Source of the DNA: Arenicellales bacterium | GTDB taxonomy: Bacteria > Pseudomonadota > Gammaproteobacteria > Arenicellales > JAJDZL01 | Direction of reading: 5' to 3' | Length of the DNA stretch: 64,000 nucleotides | Assembly (NCBI GenBank): GCA_965262855.1 | Contig: OZ253563.1 | Location: 2,467,011-2,531,010, forward strand | Shown: piece by piece, positions 10,284 through 21,327 of the stretch | Layout of the letters: each line of letters opens with the position of its first letter | Position numbering within the stretch: position 1 is the first letter of the stretch | Program-made: the position numbers and the translations under genes | The notes under the pieces: generated by a model | Database searches by the model: none | What the model was told of the DNA's origin: nothing | The model's input: only the letters and a program-made list of their open reading frames with translations

Positions 10284-11957
10284 ATGTTTGATATTCGTCA
10301 GGCTCTAACTTCCAGCCTAGGCATTGACGGCCCGGAAATCCACTATAACCTTTCCAAGTCCGAACTTTTTCGTACAGCACTTCAATATGACCGAGGACGA
10401 ATCTCCAAATCGGGTGGATATGAAGATAGAAAAGCCTATTCCACAAAGCTGAAGGAAAACGGGCCGATCGTTTTTCTAACCGATCCGGATTGCACCGGAC
10501 GGCCAGTAGACGATACCTACGCAGTTGCTTGGCCGGAGGTGGAATCGAAAATCTGGTGGAAGAGCAGTCTTCAGCCCTACGATCCAGATCATTACCAGAA
10601 ATTGCTACCGCGGGTAATCAAGCATATTAATCAGCACGGCGGCCGCCTGTTTGTGCAGGATGTGACGGTCGGACAGGATCCCGAATATTCAATTCCATAC
10701 CGATTCATCGGGCAGTACGCGACACATGCCTTCTTTGCCCGTAACATGTTCCTTACTTCATCTTCCACATCGAATGAAATCGATGCATCGAAGAACTGGA
10801 CGATGCTCAATATCCAGACATTTCGGTGCGAACCCGAGCGTGACGGATGTCGGTCCGACCGTGCCGCCATCCTGGACTTTCGAAATCGAATCTGTTTAGT
10901 GATCGGTAGAGCCGACTACTGCGGACTGGTAAAAAAGTCTATTTTCACGGTAATGAATTACCTGCTGCCGAATCAGGGAATTCTGCCCATGCACTGCTCT
11001 GCGAATGTCGGCGAATCTGGAGATACTGCCATTCTTTTTGGATTGTCTGGAACAGGCAAAACAACACTTTCGGCAGATCCAAGCCGTAAACTGATTGGCG
11101 ATGATGAGACTGGCTGGACAAAGGATGGCGTCTCCAATTTTGAAGACGGATGTTATGCTAAGCTGATAAATCTCGACAAAGATGCAGAACCCGTTATTGC
11201 AAGTGCACTGTCAATGGAGGGAACGCTGATTGAAAATGTACCCCGACTTGACGCCTTCCCATATGAACAAACGGATCCGCAAGATCTGAATTTATTCGAT
11301 GATTCAATCACTGAAAATACCCGATTTTCCTATCCCCTATCTTGCAATCCCAACATAGCGGCAGGCGCAAGGGGATCGCATCCTACAACAATCGTCATGC
11401 TCACAGCCGACGCTTTCGGCGTCTTGCCGCCGGTTTCAATTCTGAACGAAGATGAGGCGATGTACCATTTCGTGCAAGGATTTACTGCACGAATCGCAGG
11501 TACTGAGGTTGGAATCAAAGAACCTGAAGCAACATTCAGTTCTTGCTTCGGTGCTCCATTCATGTCACAAAAACCACTGGTTTATGCAAATCTTCTGAAG
11601 GAAAAGATTCGATCATCCAACGCACGATGCATATTACTGAACACCGGCTGGATTGGCGGCGCGGCGGGAGAGGTGCCGAGAATCTCAATAGGCGACACGC
11701 GAGCACTGCTGAATGCAGCCATGCGCGGAGAATTTCACAACGGTCACACAGATTTCAAGAATCACCCGATACTTGGATTGCGTTATCCGACCGCATGCCA
11801 AGGGGTCGACTCTTCAATACTCGATCCCCGAAACTGCTGGAGCGACAAACGGGCCTACGATCAGAGCGCAAACAAACTGCGCAAAATGTTCAGCAAAAAC
11901 TATCACGAAAACAACTTCGCCAGTTCTGGAATTCCCGAAGTAATTAAGAGACGGTGA
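10284..11957 (+). CDS. pckA: Phosphoenolpyruvate carboxykinase (ATP)
   Basis: 557 aa with GLSGTGKTTLS, IGDDETGW and LNTGW motifs of ATP-dependent PEPCK. Confidence 0.95.
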   Translation: MFDIRQALTSSLGIDGPEIHYNLSKSELFRTALQYDRGRISKSGGYEDRKAYSTKLKENGPIVFLTDPDCTGRPVDDTYAVAWPEVESKIWWKSSLQPYDPDHYQKLLPRVIKHINQHGGRLFVQDVTVGQDPEYSIPYRFIGQYATHAFFARNMFLTSSSTSNEIDASKNWTMLNIQTFRCEPERDGCRSDRAAILDFRNRICLVIGRADYCGLVKKSIFTVMNYLLPNQGILPMHCSANVGESGDTAILFGLSGTGKTTLSADPSRKLIGDDETGWTKDGVSNFEDGCYAKLINLDKDAEPVIASALSMEGTLIENVPRLDAFPYEQTDPQDLNLFDDSITENTRFSYPLSCNPNIAAGARGSHPTTIVMLTADAFGVLPPVSILNEDEAMYHFVQGFTARIAGTEVGIKEPEATFSSCFGAPFMSQKPLVYANLLKEKIRSSNARCILLNTGWIGGAAGEVPRISIGDTRALLNAAMRGEFHNGHTDFKNHPILGLRYPTACQGVDSSILDPRNCWSDKRAYDQSANKLRKMFSKNYHENNFASSGIPEVIKRR

Positions 11958-12017
11958 ACCGCAAGTTCGTGACGCTGGATTTAAAACACTCACTAGGAAT
12001 TGACACCCATTCTCATA

Positions 12018-12692
12018 ATGGCTCCCTCTGAGGAATTATCTTTTACGCAATTGCGACACGGGATGGTACTCATCATCGTAGCGCACGCAGCATTGTCAGG
12101 AGATACTACAGGTCGTCCCGTTGTGAGCGAATCGGTTTTGGATGCGGTTCGTGAAGTACCGCGCCATCTCTTTGTTCCAGAGTTGTTGCAGCGGCACGCT
12201 TATGAGGACTGTCCATTGCCAATCGGACATGACAAAACAATTTCACAACCATTTATCGTAGCATTGATGACCGATTTGCTGGATATAGATAAGACAGACA
12301 GGGTTCTTGAAATCGGTACCGGCCTCGGTTACCAAGCTGCGGTACTGAGCCGCCTGGCTGCGGAAGTCTGCACAGTAGAAATCATTCCAGAACTGGCGGA
12401 ACACGCGAAACAGAATTTTATAGACTTGGAATATGACAATGTTCAGGTGCGCATTGCTAACGGGGCATATGGTTGGAGCGAGACCTCACCCTTTGACAAG
12501 ATTCTTGTTGCCACTTCCGCCGATGAAGTGCCTTCGAAATTGATCGAACAGCTACAGCCTGGTGGACGTCTTGTCATGCCAGTCGGCCCGGATGACAGTC
12601 AAAATCTGGTGTTGGTTCAAAAAGGTGTGTCCGGCACCTACGAGGATGTTATTCTGCCAGTACGTTTTTCACGTATGGTCATTGCGCACTAA
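12018..12692 (+). CDS. pcm: Protein-L-isoaspartate O-methyltransferase
   Basis: TISQPFIVALMTDLL and LEIGTGLGYQAAVL motifs. The start is either ATG 12018 or TTG 12000. Confidence 0.85.
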   Translation: MAPSEELSFTQLRHGMVLIIVAHAALSGDTTGRPVVSESVLDAVREVPRHLFVPELLQRHAYEDCPLPIGHDKTISQPFIVALMTDLLDIDKTDRVLEIGTGLGYQAAVLSRLAAEVCTVEIIPELAEHAKQNFIDLEYDNVQVRIANGAYGWSETSPFDKILVATSADEVPSKLIEQLQPGGRLVMPVGPDDSQNLVLVQKGVSGTYEDVILPVRFSRMVIAH

Positions 12693-12703
12693 CCTGTCCC
12701 AGC

Positions 12704-13450
12704 TCATTCGCTGGCGACAAAGAGATTCAAGTGCCTTTGGATATGCTCAGCCAGTCGAAGGGTATGATTTCTCACCAGAAGTTCGGCACTATCGGCGTCT
12801 CGCGCCTCAAGCGCTTCAATAATGTGCATATGATCTATGACTGAGTGTTGAGCTCGATCAGGATCAGAGATGCTGCGTAGTCGAATAGTCTTTAGGTGCA
12901 GAAACAGATTTTCGGATATCTCAATCAGCGGCTGACACTTGCTCATCTCGATTATCGCCCGATGAAACTCGATGTTCGTTTCAGAGTATTCGTTGATATT
13001 CGCCCGAAACTTTGAACCATCAGAGGTGGTAAACAGTTTTCTCAGCTGTCCGATCTCGTCATCATTTGCTCGCTGTGTCACTAGTCTGGCTGCCATGGAC
13101 TCCAGTGCTGCCCAGACGAATACCATATTGAGAATTTCTTCGACAGTCTTGCGCACCACGAATGCGCCTCTGTGAGGAATCGTTTTTACAAATCCTTCGT
13201 TTTCAAGCCGAATCAAACTTTCTCGAATCGGTGTTCGACTGACACCAAGCTGATTGGCGAGAGAGCGTTCGTCCAGACGCAAATTTACTCCCGGTTCATA
13301 CACGTCCATAGACGAAATCGCATCTCGTAAAGATCGATAGACTCGTTCTTTGAGCACTTCTGGATCCTTGAGTCGATCAATTACTAGATTCACAGGAATT
13401 TGTTCCAATAGTGAATAAAAAGGAAAGTAAAATGAATTTGCGTACGGCAA
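12704..13450 (-). CDS. GntR family transcriptional regulator (FadR/FCD subfamily)
   Basis: wHTH ERSLANQLGVSRTPIRESLIRLENEGFV plus a helical FCD-type C-terminal domain. The start is uncertain (TTG 13450 or GTG 13393). Confidence 0.85.
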   Translation of the reverse strand: MPYANSFYFPFYSLLEQIPVNLVIDRLKDPEVLKERVYRSLRDAISSMDVYEPGVNLRLDERSLANQLGVSRTPIRESLIRLENEGFVKTIPHRGAFVVRKTVEEILNMVFVWAALESMAARLVTQRANDDEIGQLRKLFTTSDGSKFRANINEYSETNIEFHRAIIEMSKCQPLIEISENLFLHLKTIRLRSISDPDRAQHSVIDHMHIIEALEARDADSAELLVRNHTLRLAEHIQRHLNLFVASE

Positions 13451-13641
13451 CTATTCTAGCACGACGAGAATGCCTGCTAGGCATCAGTGCATTATATCTA
13501 GTGTGCGGACTCAATTGCTATCGGATCAATGGTTTCAGCGGCTGACAGTATACGAAAACACTCTAAACACCGATTGCATGTAGAGGCTAACTATTTAATT
13601 CTGTTGCGATCGTATAACGAGATAGAGAAGATGGAGACAGA

Positions 13642-13890
13642 ATGAAAAAAAAGAAAATAAAGCCGTTTGGAAAATATTTCACGCGCTCACTTAAACAATA
13701 TTTTCACGACTTGAACGGTATCGACCCAACGGACCTGCATGATCAAATGACTCAGGAACTTGAGAAACATCTGTTTGAATATGTAATGAAACACACGACC
13801 GGTAACCGCACTCGTGCTGCTGCAATCTTGGGGGTGTCGAGAAGCACTCTAAGGAAGAAATTGGACCGCTACAATATTTCGCCCGACTGA
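13642..13890 (+). CDS. fis: Fis family DNA-binding protein
   Basis: C-terminal HTH GNRTRAAAILGVSRSTLRKKLDRYNI, and the conserved position directly upstream of purH. Confidence 0.85.
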   Translation: MKKKKIKPFGKYFTRSLKQYFHDLNGIDPTDLHDQMTQELEKHLFEYVMKHTTGNRTRAAAILGVSRSTLRKKLDRYNISPD

Positions 13891-14074
13891 ATATTTCTGC
13901 CTGATTAACCAGAGCAACCATACAAAATTGAATATTGGCGAGTTATTGCACGCGCTAGTGAAAAAGATCTCATTGATCGAGTAGCCACATTTTCTCACTA
14001 CACACACGGCATGTTTACGATGGAAATTGAACATGCTTTCAATGAGCATTTCACGATAGTCCAAGAAATTTAGA

Positions 14075-15658
14075 ATGAAAAATTTTGCACCCGTTTCGCC
14101 CAGGCGCGCTTTGATCAGCGTTTCCGACAAGAGCGGAATCGTCGATTTTGCTGCTGGACTCGCATCTGAAGGTGTTGAAATATTGTCGACCGGCGGAACC
14201 GCTAACACCTTGTCTGAGGCCGGCATCGAAATTATTCCTGTTTCTGACTACACGGGTTTTCCGGAGTTAATGGGCGGACGGCTGAAAACGCTTCATCCCA
14301 AGATTCATGGTGGCATTCTTGCAAGAGAAGACGTCGACAAGGAAGAAATGCAGGAGAACGACATTCAACCGATTGATCTGATTGTCGTGAATCTATATCC
14401 ATTTGAACGAGCCCACAGCGACCGCACAACTAACTACGATGTAAACGTTGAATTTATCGATATCGGTGGACCAACGATGATTCGTGCTGCGGCCAAGAAC
14501 TTTATTCGTACGAGCGTTGTAATCGATCCTTTTGACTACCAGAACATACTCAATGAAATTCAGAACAAAGGCGGCATTGCGTTCAATACTCGTAAAAGTC
14601 TGGCGGCAAAAGCGTTTGCAAGAGTTTCAGAATACGACAGTAACATAGCCTCTGCCTTGTGTGCAAGTACACAACTAGTTGATGAAGTTGAGGAATTCCC
14701 GAACACGCTGAATCTCAAATATCGAAAGTTTATGGATATGCGTTACGGAGAAAATCCCCATCAGGCTGCTGCTTTTTACGTTCCATTCGGCCGCGACAAA
14801 CCGTGGCTGGAAACCTCTCAGCTGCATCAAGGAAAATCTATGTCATTCAACAACGTGGTCGATGCAGATGCAGCCTATAGCTGCATCAAAGATTTCCACG
14901 ACACTACATCATGCGTAATCGTCAAACATGCAACACCGTGCGGAGTAGCGTCGGCAAATAATCTTACTAGTGCATATGAACTCGCGTACAGAACCGACCC
15001 AACATCGGCGTTTGGCGGAATCATTGCATTCAATCGAAAACTTGATGAGCGAACAGCTGTGGCTATTCTCGACAATCAATTTGTCGAAGTGATACTGGCA
15101 CCGGAAATCGAACAGAAGGCACTTAAGGTGTTTCAGGATAAGGAAAACATCCGGGTATTGGAATACAAATCTGAGATGAGTGGAATTCCATCAGGAAAGG
15201 TTTTGAGTTCTGCAGGTGGCGGATTGCTTTTGCAAGATCCCGATGAGACTATCGATGAATTGCTTGATATTCAGGTAGTGACGGAGAGAGAACCCGAAAA
15301 AGATGAAATGCAGGACTTAATTTTTGCATGGGGAGTAGCAAAGCATGTCAAATCGAACGCGATTGTATATGCTAAAGATTCCGCAACAATCGGTATTGGT
15401 GCAGGACAGATGAGCCGAGTCGATTCAGCGAAAATCGCTTTGATAAAAGCTGATGAAGTCGGCTTGGAAGTCAAAGGATCAGTAATGGCATCGGACGCTT
15501 TTTTTCCGTTTCGAGACGCAATTGACGCTGCCGCCAAATCCGGCATATGTGCAGTGATTCAGCCTGGCGGTTCTTTACGCGACAAAGAAGTTATTGACGC
15601 TGCCAATGAACACGGCATGTCCATGGTCTTTACCGGTAGGCGCCATTTTCGTCATTGA
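14075..15658 (+). CDS. purH: Bifunctional AICAR formyltransferase / IMP cyclohydrolase
   Basis: [16 protein letters not shown]...GGTA N-terminal MGS domain and C-terminal AICARFT domain ending FTGRRHFRH. Confidence 0.97.
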   Translation: MKNFAPVSPRRALISVSDKSGIVDFAAGLASEGVEILSTGGTANTLSEAGIEIIPVSDYTGFPELMGGRLKTLHPKIHGGILAREDVDKEEMQENDIQPIDLIVVNLYPFERAHSDRTTNYDVNVEFIDIGGPTMIRAAAKNFIRTSVVIDPFDYQNILNEIQNKGGIAFNTRKSLAAKAFARVSEYDSNIASALCASTQLVDEVEEFPNTLNLKYRKFMDMRYGENPHQAAAFYVPFGRDKPWLETSQLHQGKSMSFNNVVDADAAYSCIKDFHDTTSCVIVKHATPCGVASANNLTSAYELAYRTDPTSAFGGIIAFNRKLDERTAVAILDNQFVEVILAPEIEQKALKVFQDKENIRVLEYKSEMSGIPSGKVLSSAGGGLLLQDPDETIDELLDIQVVTEREPEKDEMQDLIFAWGVAKHVKSNAIVYAKDSATIGIGAGQMSRVDSAKIALIKADEVGLEVKGSVMASDAFFPFRDAIDAAAKSGICAVIQPGGSLRDKEVIDAANEHGMSMVFTGRRHFRH

Positions 15659-15672
15659 ACGCAGTCCACAAG

Positions 15673-16968
15673 ATGAATGTTCTGATTGTCGGTGGCGGCG
15701 GGCGCGAACATGCTCTGGCCTGGAAAGTGGGGCAGTCGCCACATGTCAAACAGGTCTATGTAGCACCTGGAAATGCCGGAACATTTCTGGAACCCAATAC
15801 CTGCAATGTGCCAATTGATGCTGAGGACGTCGAAGCACTTCTGGCATTTGCGCTAAAGGAACGGATTGATCTAACGATTGTCGGCCCGGAAGTGCCTCTG
15901 ACGCTCGGCATTGTCGACCAGTTTCAGCAAAATGGCCTACCATGTTTCGGCCCGATCGCACAGGCAGCGCAGCTGGAAGGTTCAAAAGATTTCACCAAGA
16001 AATTTCTGCTGCGGCATGACATTCCTACTGCGGAGTTTCAAACTTTTGAAGATTTAACTCTAGCCTGCGAATATATCAAAGGCTGCAATTTGCCTGTTGT
16101 CATCAAAGCGGACGGATTAGCAGCCGGAAAAGGTGTAATCGTAGCGCAAACCATGCATGAAGCAGAATCAGCACTAAATGACATGTTGCGCGATGACAAA
16201 TTTGGCAGCGCAGGCAAGAGAATCGTAATTGAACAGTTTCTACAGGGAGAAGAAGCAAGCTATATCTGTATCGTAGATGGTGAAGATTTTCTCCCACTAG
16301 CCGCGTCACAGGATCACAAAGCTGCATTTGACGGCGATACCGGTCCCAATACAGGAGGCATGGGTGCTTATTCTCCTGCACCAATCGTCGATCGCCATCT
16401 GGAAGATCGGATTCTGAACGAAATCATCCGACCGACAGTTCGAGGATTGCAGCAAGAAGGAATTCAATACACTGGATTTTTGTATGCTGGATTGATGATT
16501 GACGAAAGTGGAAATCCCAGCGTGCTTGAATTCAACTGTCGTCTAGGCGACCCCGAGACCCAGCCAATACTGTTTCGCCTTCAGTCAGATTTATTGGATT
16601 TGATCGTCGCAGCACTTGATGGAAAGCTGGAATCCGCAACTGCGAGTTGGGACACTCATTCGGCACTGAGTGTGGTTGTTGCAGCAGACGGTTATCCAGG
16701 CGTGTACTCGAAGGGGCAAGAAATTGCCGGGCTTGATGCGCTAGATATAGAAAATGTGAAAGTTTTCCATGCTGGTACCACGCTGGATGAAAACGGAAGA
16801 TTGATAGCAACTGGCGGTCGTGTATTATGCGTAACTGCTTCGGCTGAAAATGCCAGCCGAGCTCAGGCGAAAGCGTACCAAGCGGTCGCACAAATTTCGA
16901 TGCAGAATATGCATTATCGAACAGATATAGGAAGTAAAGCATTGAACCGCAAAGCGGATGCGAACTAA
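15673..16968 (+). CDS. purD: Phosphoribosylamine-glycine ligase
   Basis: MNVLIVGGGGREHALAWK N-terminus with an ATP-grasp core. ATG 15673 is preferred over TTG 15655, which overlaps the purH stop. Confidence 0.97.
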   Translation: MNVLIVGGGGREHALAWKVGQSPHVKQVYVAPGNAGTFLEPNTCNVPIDAEDVEALLAFALKERIDLTIVGPEVPLTLGIVDQFQQNGLPCFGPIAQAAQLEGSKDFTKKFLLRHDIPTAEFQTFEDLTLACEYIKGCNLPVVIKADGLAAGKGVIVAQTMHEAESALNDMLRDDKFGSAGKRIVIEQFLQGEEASYICIVDGEDFLPLAASQDHKAAFDGDTGPNTGGMGAYSPAPIVDRHLEDRILNEIIRPTVRGLQQEGIQYTGFLYAGLMIDESGNPSVLEFNCRLGDPETQPILFRLQSDLLDLIVAALDGKLESATASWDTHSALSVVVAADGYPGVYSKGQEIAGLDALDIENVKVFHAGTTLDENGRLIATGGRVLCVTASAENASRAQAKAYQAVAQISMQNMHYRTDIGSKALNRKADAN

Positions 16969-16985
16969 ACTGATAGGAGGGAAAC

Positions 16986-17492
16986 TTGAAAGAAAATTTC
17001 GTTGCAGTCATGGTCGGATCAGATTCTGATCTTAATGTAATGCAATCAACACTGGATACGCTTGACAGTCTTGATGTGCAGTGGGAAATACGCATACTGT
17101 CGGCACATCGAACACCCGATCACGTGCGAGACTATATCCAGGATGCAGATGCCCGAGGATGTGCTGCATATATTGCAGCGGCAGGTTTGGCAGCGCATCT
17201 CGCAGGGGCGGTTGCGGCCAATACGCTCAGACCAGTGATTGGTGTTCCGCTTGATGCGGGTACTCTAGGAGGGCTTGATGCGCTACTGTCGACCGTGCAA
17301 ATGCCGGGAGGAGTTCCAGTTGCGTGCGTTGCGATAGGCACTCCAGGTGCCAAGAATGCGGCGTTTCTTGCGGCGCGTATTCTTGCCTTGATTGACAAGA
17401 ATATCGCCTCGAAATTACACGCACAGCGTCAAGGGAATCGCGCTTCGGTGCTTAAAAAAAATCAAAAACTGCAACAAAAAATCAGCGACTGA
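16986..17492 (+). CDS. purE: 5-(carboxyamino)imidazole ribonucleotide mutase
   Basis: [11 protein letters not shown]...LSAHRTPD...[21 protein letters not shown] motifs. The TTG start is preceded by AGGAGG. Confidence 0.93.
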   Translation: MKENFVAVMVGSDSDLNVMQSTLDTLDSLDVQWEIRILSAHRTPDHVRDYIQDADARGCAAYIAAAGLAAHLAGAVAANTLRPVIGVPLDAGTLGGLDALLSTVQMPGGVPVACVAIGTPGAKNAAFLAARILALIDKNIASKLHAQRQGNRASVLKKNQKLQQKISD

Positions 17493-17502
17493 AGAAAATT
17501 CA

Positions 17503-18060
17503 TTGAATGCGATTGACGTTGCGATGGGCGCTAGATTGATCACTTTGGGTGCAGTGGTCGCCTATCCGACTGAAGCCTGTTTCGGAATCGGCTGCGACCC
17601 GACGAATCGAAGCGCGTTGAAACGTATTGCCAGAATCAAAAATCGTCCAGTCGGTAAGGGGTTGATTGTGATTGCACATAATGTTGAATCATTGTTGCCT
17701 TATCTGTCAATTCAGAACGAGTCGATTCTCGACCAACCGCTTGCTACGTGGCCTGGCCCCTATACATGGATCTTCCCAGTCAGTACATGGGCCTCGAATT
17801 TGCTTTGTTCTGCAGACAAAACCATTGCCGTACGCGTAACAGCGCACTCTGTGGCCGCACATCTGAGCCGCCTTGCCGGAGGCGCCATCATTTCAACAAG
17901 TGCCAACCGGCATGGCTTGACTCCAATTCGACAATACGTTCACGTTGAACGATGCTTGGGAAAGCAATTGAATTTCGTAGTACGCGGGACCCTCGGGCAT
18001 CAGAAAAAACCAACTCAGATTAGAGATGCGATGACTGGACATCTGGTCCGTGCAGCTTAA
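17503..18060 (+). CDS. tsaC: L-threonylcarbamoyladenylate synthase type 1
   Basis: VVAYPTEACFGIGCDP and IKNRPVGKGLIVIA motifs of YrdC/TsaC. The start is uncertain (TTG 17503 or ATG 17524); the longer ORF from 17392 overlaps purE. Confidence 0.85.
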   Translation: MNAIDVAMGARLITLGAVVAYPTEACFGIGCDPTNRSALKRIARIKNRPVGKGLIVIAHNVESLLPYLSIQNESILDQPLATWPGPYTWIFPVSTWASNLLCSADKTIAVRVTAHSVAAHLSRLAGGAIISTSANRHGLTPIRQYVHVERCLGKQLNFVVRGTLGHQKKPTQIRDAMTGHLVRAA

Positions 18061-18076
18061 GTTTTGACGTCACTGA

Positions 18077-19009
18077 ATGGAGAGGGAAATGCCTGTGGTC
18101 GAAAGTGAAGCAATGAAAGTTGAAATCTTTCTGAAGAAGCTGCAGGAACGGATTTGCAGTGGACTTGAAGCATTGGAAAATTCCCAAAAGTTCGCGCAAG
18201 ACGAGTGGAAATTTTCAGGAGGCGGCGGTGGCGATAGTCGAGTTCTCGAGTCTGGTACTGTCTTTGAAAAGGCCGGCGTCAATTTCTCTTCAATCCAGGG
18301 GATGCAACTGCCTGCCGCTGCAACGGAGAAACGTAAAAATCTGAAAGATCAGTCTTTTTCCGCTACCGGCATATCCGTTATTGTCCATCCTTGCAATCCT
18401 TATGTTCCTACCACACATATGAACCTGCGATTCATCCGGGTCGGTGTAGAAAGTTGGTGGTTCGGAGGCGGATTTGATCTCACTCCATACTACGGATTCG
18501 TTGAAGATGCGATTCACTGGCATCGTACAGCTGCCGCAGCATGCGAAGGATTTGGGGACGGCCTTCACCTCAGGCTCAAAAATTGGTGCGACGAATATTT
18601 CTATCTAAAACACCGAAATGAATCCCGCGGAATTGGTGGAGTGTTCTTCGATGACTTTACGGAGGGCGGATTTGATCACAGTTTCGAGTTTCTGCAAAGC
18701 ATTGGAAGTCATTTTCTGGATGCTTATCTTCCTATTGTCGAACGTCGCATGCTCACCCCATTCGGTGAACGAGAACGGGAGTTTCAACTGATTCGACGCG
18801 GTCGCTATGTGGAGTTCAATCTGGTCTATGACAGAGGTACGCTTTTTGGCTTGCAATCAGGCGGCAGAACGGAGTCGATTCTGGTTTCGCTGCCACCGAG
18901 TGTGTCTTGGCGATACGACTGGAAAGCCGAACCTGGCTCTGCTGAGGCGAAGTTAGCAGAAGAGTTTCTCCAACCTCAGGATTGGCTGGCTTTGACGACG
19001 GTTCAGTAA
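18077..19009 (+). CDS. hemF: Oxygen-dependent coproporphyrinogen III oxidase
   Basis: [35 protein letters not shown] and other HemF motifs; about 300 aa. Confidence 0.93.
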   Translation: MEREMPVVESEAMKVEIFLKKLQERICSGLEALENSQKFAQDEWKFSGGGGGDSRVLESGTVFEKAGVNFSSIQGMQLPAAATEKRKNLKDQSFSATGISVIVHPCNPYVPTTHMNLRFIRVGVESWWFGGGFDLTPYYGFVEDAIHWHRTAAAACEGFGDGLHLRLKNWCDEYFYLKHRNESRGIGGVFFDDFTEGGFDHSFEFLQSIGSHFLDAYLPIVERRMLTPFGEREREFQLIRRGRYVEFNLVYDRGTLFGLQSGGRTESILVSLPPSVSWRYDWKAEPGSAEAKLAEEFLQPQDWLALTTVQ

Positions 19010-20313
19010 TGGGTAAATTACTGTTTAATTTCTATCGAACCGTAATTTTCCTGCTGCTCCCAGCGATTTACGTTCGCTATATGCTGAAAGGAATTCGCAG
19101 ACCCGTGTATCGGGAGCGAATGATGGAACGGTTTGGAGCGATTCCCGCACACACCAAAAATGGGGTGATTTGGATTCATGCGGTATCAGTTGGTGAGACC
19201 AATGCGGCACTACCTCTAGTTAAAAATCTGCTGGCAGCACAAGATCGTCCGATCTTGATGACATGCGTGACTCCAACAGGGTCGGCCCAAATCAAAAAAT
19301 CACTTGGCGACCAGGTCGAACATATATACGCGCCAGTTGATGCTGGAGTGATCGTGAGAAAATTTCTAAAGAAACTTCAGCCTTGCGCGATTGTGATCTT
19401 TGAAACCGAATTGTGGCCAAATCTCATTCACAATGGCTTGTCCAAAAACATTCCGATTCTGTTTGCCAACTTGCGCTTGTCCGACAACACATTCCGCAAT
19501 GGCAAAAGACTGAAATCCTTAAGCAGATACACTCTGCAGGGTGTTGACGCTTTCTGCGTGCAAACCAGAGTCGACTATGAGCGAATAATTTCCTTGGGCG
19601 CTGACCCTTCAAGAGTGCACACGACAGGCAACCTGAAGTTTGACGTAAAACCACCAGGCGGTATTCGAGAGTCAGGAAGGAGCCTTCGCGAGTATTGGGG
19701 AGGCGAGTCGCGTGAAACGATCATATTGGGCAGTTCGCACGAAGGTGAAGAGACTCTCTTTATCAAGACGTTTGAAAGGTTACGAGAAAGTTTTCCGAGA
19801 CTCGTGTGCGTCATCGTCCCTCGGCACCCAGAAAGATTCGATCAAGTATTTCAAATGATTTCAGCATCCGAATACTCGGTTGTTCGCCGCAGCAATTGGC
19901 AGGATGACGCGCCGGAATCCATTGATGTAGTACTGGTTGACACTATGGGTGAGTTGATTCAATTCTATGCTGCATCCGATGTCGCTGTTGTTGGTGGCAG
20001 TTTCGTTCCCATAGGCGGGCACAACATCCTAGAGCCGATTTTGGCAGGGATACCTCCGGTATTTGGGCCAGAAATGTCCAACTTCCGTGAAATTTCGCGA
20101 CTCACACAATCAGCACAAGCGGGGCGGCAGGTTCAAAACACGGAGGAACTTGAGTCCGCCATTGCAGAATATTTGTACGACTCGAAACTACGAAACACGG
20201 CTACCCGCAATGGCGAAAGGCTTTTGCAAGACAATCAAGGCGCGTTGACAGCTACATATGAATGTCTTACGACCGTTATTGCAGAAAGAGAAACTACGAC
20301 ACCTACAAATTAA
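19009..20313 (+). CDS. waaA: 3-deoxy-D-manno-octulosonic acid transferase
   Basis: IWIHAVSVGETNAALPLV motif. ATG at 19009 overlaps the hemF TAA (TAATG). Confidence 0.9.
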   Translation: MGKLLFNFYRTVIFLLLPAIYVRYMLKGIRRPVYRERMMERFGAIPAHTKNGVIWIHAVSVGETNAALPLVKNLLAAQDRPILMTCVTPTGSAQIKKSLGDQVEHIYAPVDAGVIVRKFLKKLQPCAIVIFETELWPNLIHNGLSKNIPILFANLRLSDNTFRNGKRLKSLSRYTLQGVDAFCVQTRVDYERIISLGADPSRVHTTGNLKFDVKPPGGIRESGRSLREYWGGESRETIILGSSHEGEETLFIKTFERLRESFPRLVCVIVPRHPERFDQVFQMISASEYSVVRRSNWQDDAPESIDVVLVDTMGELIQFYAASDVAVVGGSFVPIGGHNILEPILAGIPPVFGPEMSNFREISRLTQSAQAGRQVQNTEELESAIAEYLYDSKLRNTATRNGERLLQDNQGALTATYECLTTVIAERETTTPTN

Positions 20314-20437
20314 TTCCTAATTTCCTTCTAGAGGGGGTGTTTACAAACGACTACAACGAGTTCTTGAGCATCATCCCAGTGAGACATACTTGACGAACAA
20401 TGTGCGCAGAGAGTGGCACTCTTGGATTCAAATTGCC

Positions 20438-21325
20438 TCAAAGGCTCGCCAGTACGTTCGCAACTGTTTGACCAATTTCCGCTGGACTGAGAACGATCTT
20501 CACTCCGCATTCCTGCAGCACTTCAACTTTCTCCGAAGCACTTTCACCGAAAGCCGAAATTACCGCCCCAGCATGGCCCATACGGCGTCCTTTCGGCGCA
20601 GTCAAACCAGCGATATAACCAACTACAGGAGTTTTCATGTTCTCTCTATAGAACGCGGCAGCATTGGATTCCTGAGGTCCGCCTATTTCACCGATCATCA
20701 CGACAACTTTAGTTTCGGAATCTTCTTCAAATCGCGCAAGGTGATCTGTGAACGAGCTGCCGTTGATGGGATCGCCGCCAATTCCAACGCTCGTGGACAC
20801 ACCAATTCCCATTGATCTTAACTGTGAAGCAGCTTCATACCCCAATGTACCCGAGCGACCAATAATTCCGACCTCACCTTTCGTATAGATGTGTGGTGGC
20901 ATGATCCCCATCATGGATTTTCCAGGGCTGATAGTGCCCGCGCAATTAGGGCCAGCAAGCACCATTTTGTTTACAGCCTTGTAGCGACGCATATAACGTT
21001 TTACGCGAATCATGTCATGTGCTGGAATTCCGTCGGTGATGCACACGCAGTATTTGATGCCAGCGTCCGCTGCTTCCATAATTCCATCTGCAGCGAATGG
21101 CGGTGGAACAAATGAAATGCTCGCAGTCGCTCCAGTTGCTTTGACTGCTTCTCTAACGGTGTCGAAAACAGGTCGATTTAAAATTTTACTGCCACCTTTC
21201 CCAGGCGTAACTCCACCGACTATCTTAGTTCCGTACTCAATCATTTCCATGGAGTGAAACATGCTCGTCTGTCCAGTAAATCCTTGCACGATGACAGTTG
21301 TATTTTCATTGATCAAAATCGCCAT
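20438..21325 (-). CDS. mtkB: Malate-CoA ligase (or succinyl-CoA ligase) alpha-type subunit
   Basis: SucD-type CoA-ligase alpha subunit (VIVQGFTGQ, catalytic His loop RMGHAGAVIS). It starts 2 nt after the beta subunit and lies in an operon with malyl-CoA lyase. Confidence 0.75.
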   Translation of the reverse strand: MAILINENTTVIVQGFTGQTSMFHSMEMIEYGTKIVGGVTPGKGGSKILNRPVFDTVREAVKATGATASISFVPPPFAADGIMEAADAGIKYCVCITDGIPAHDMIRVKRYMRRYKAVNKMVLAGPNCAGTISPGKSMMGIMPPHIYTKGEVGIIGRSGTLGYEAASQLRSMGIGVSTSVGIGGDPINGSSFTDHLARFEEDSETKVVVMIGEIGGPQESNAAAFYRENMKTPVVGYIAGLTAPKGRRMGHAGAVISAFGESASEKVEVLQECGVKIVLSPAEIGQTVANVLASL

Positions 21326-21327
21326 GT

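Noticed and set aside
16532-17095. 187-aa minus-strand ORF
   Set aside because: It lies antisense to the purD 3' end and the purE 5' end, and it has no motif.
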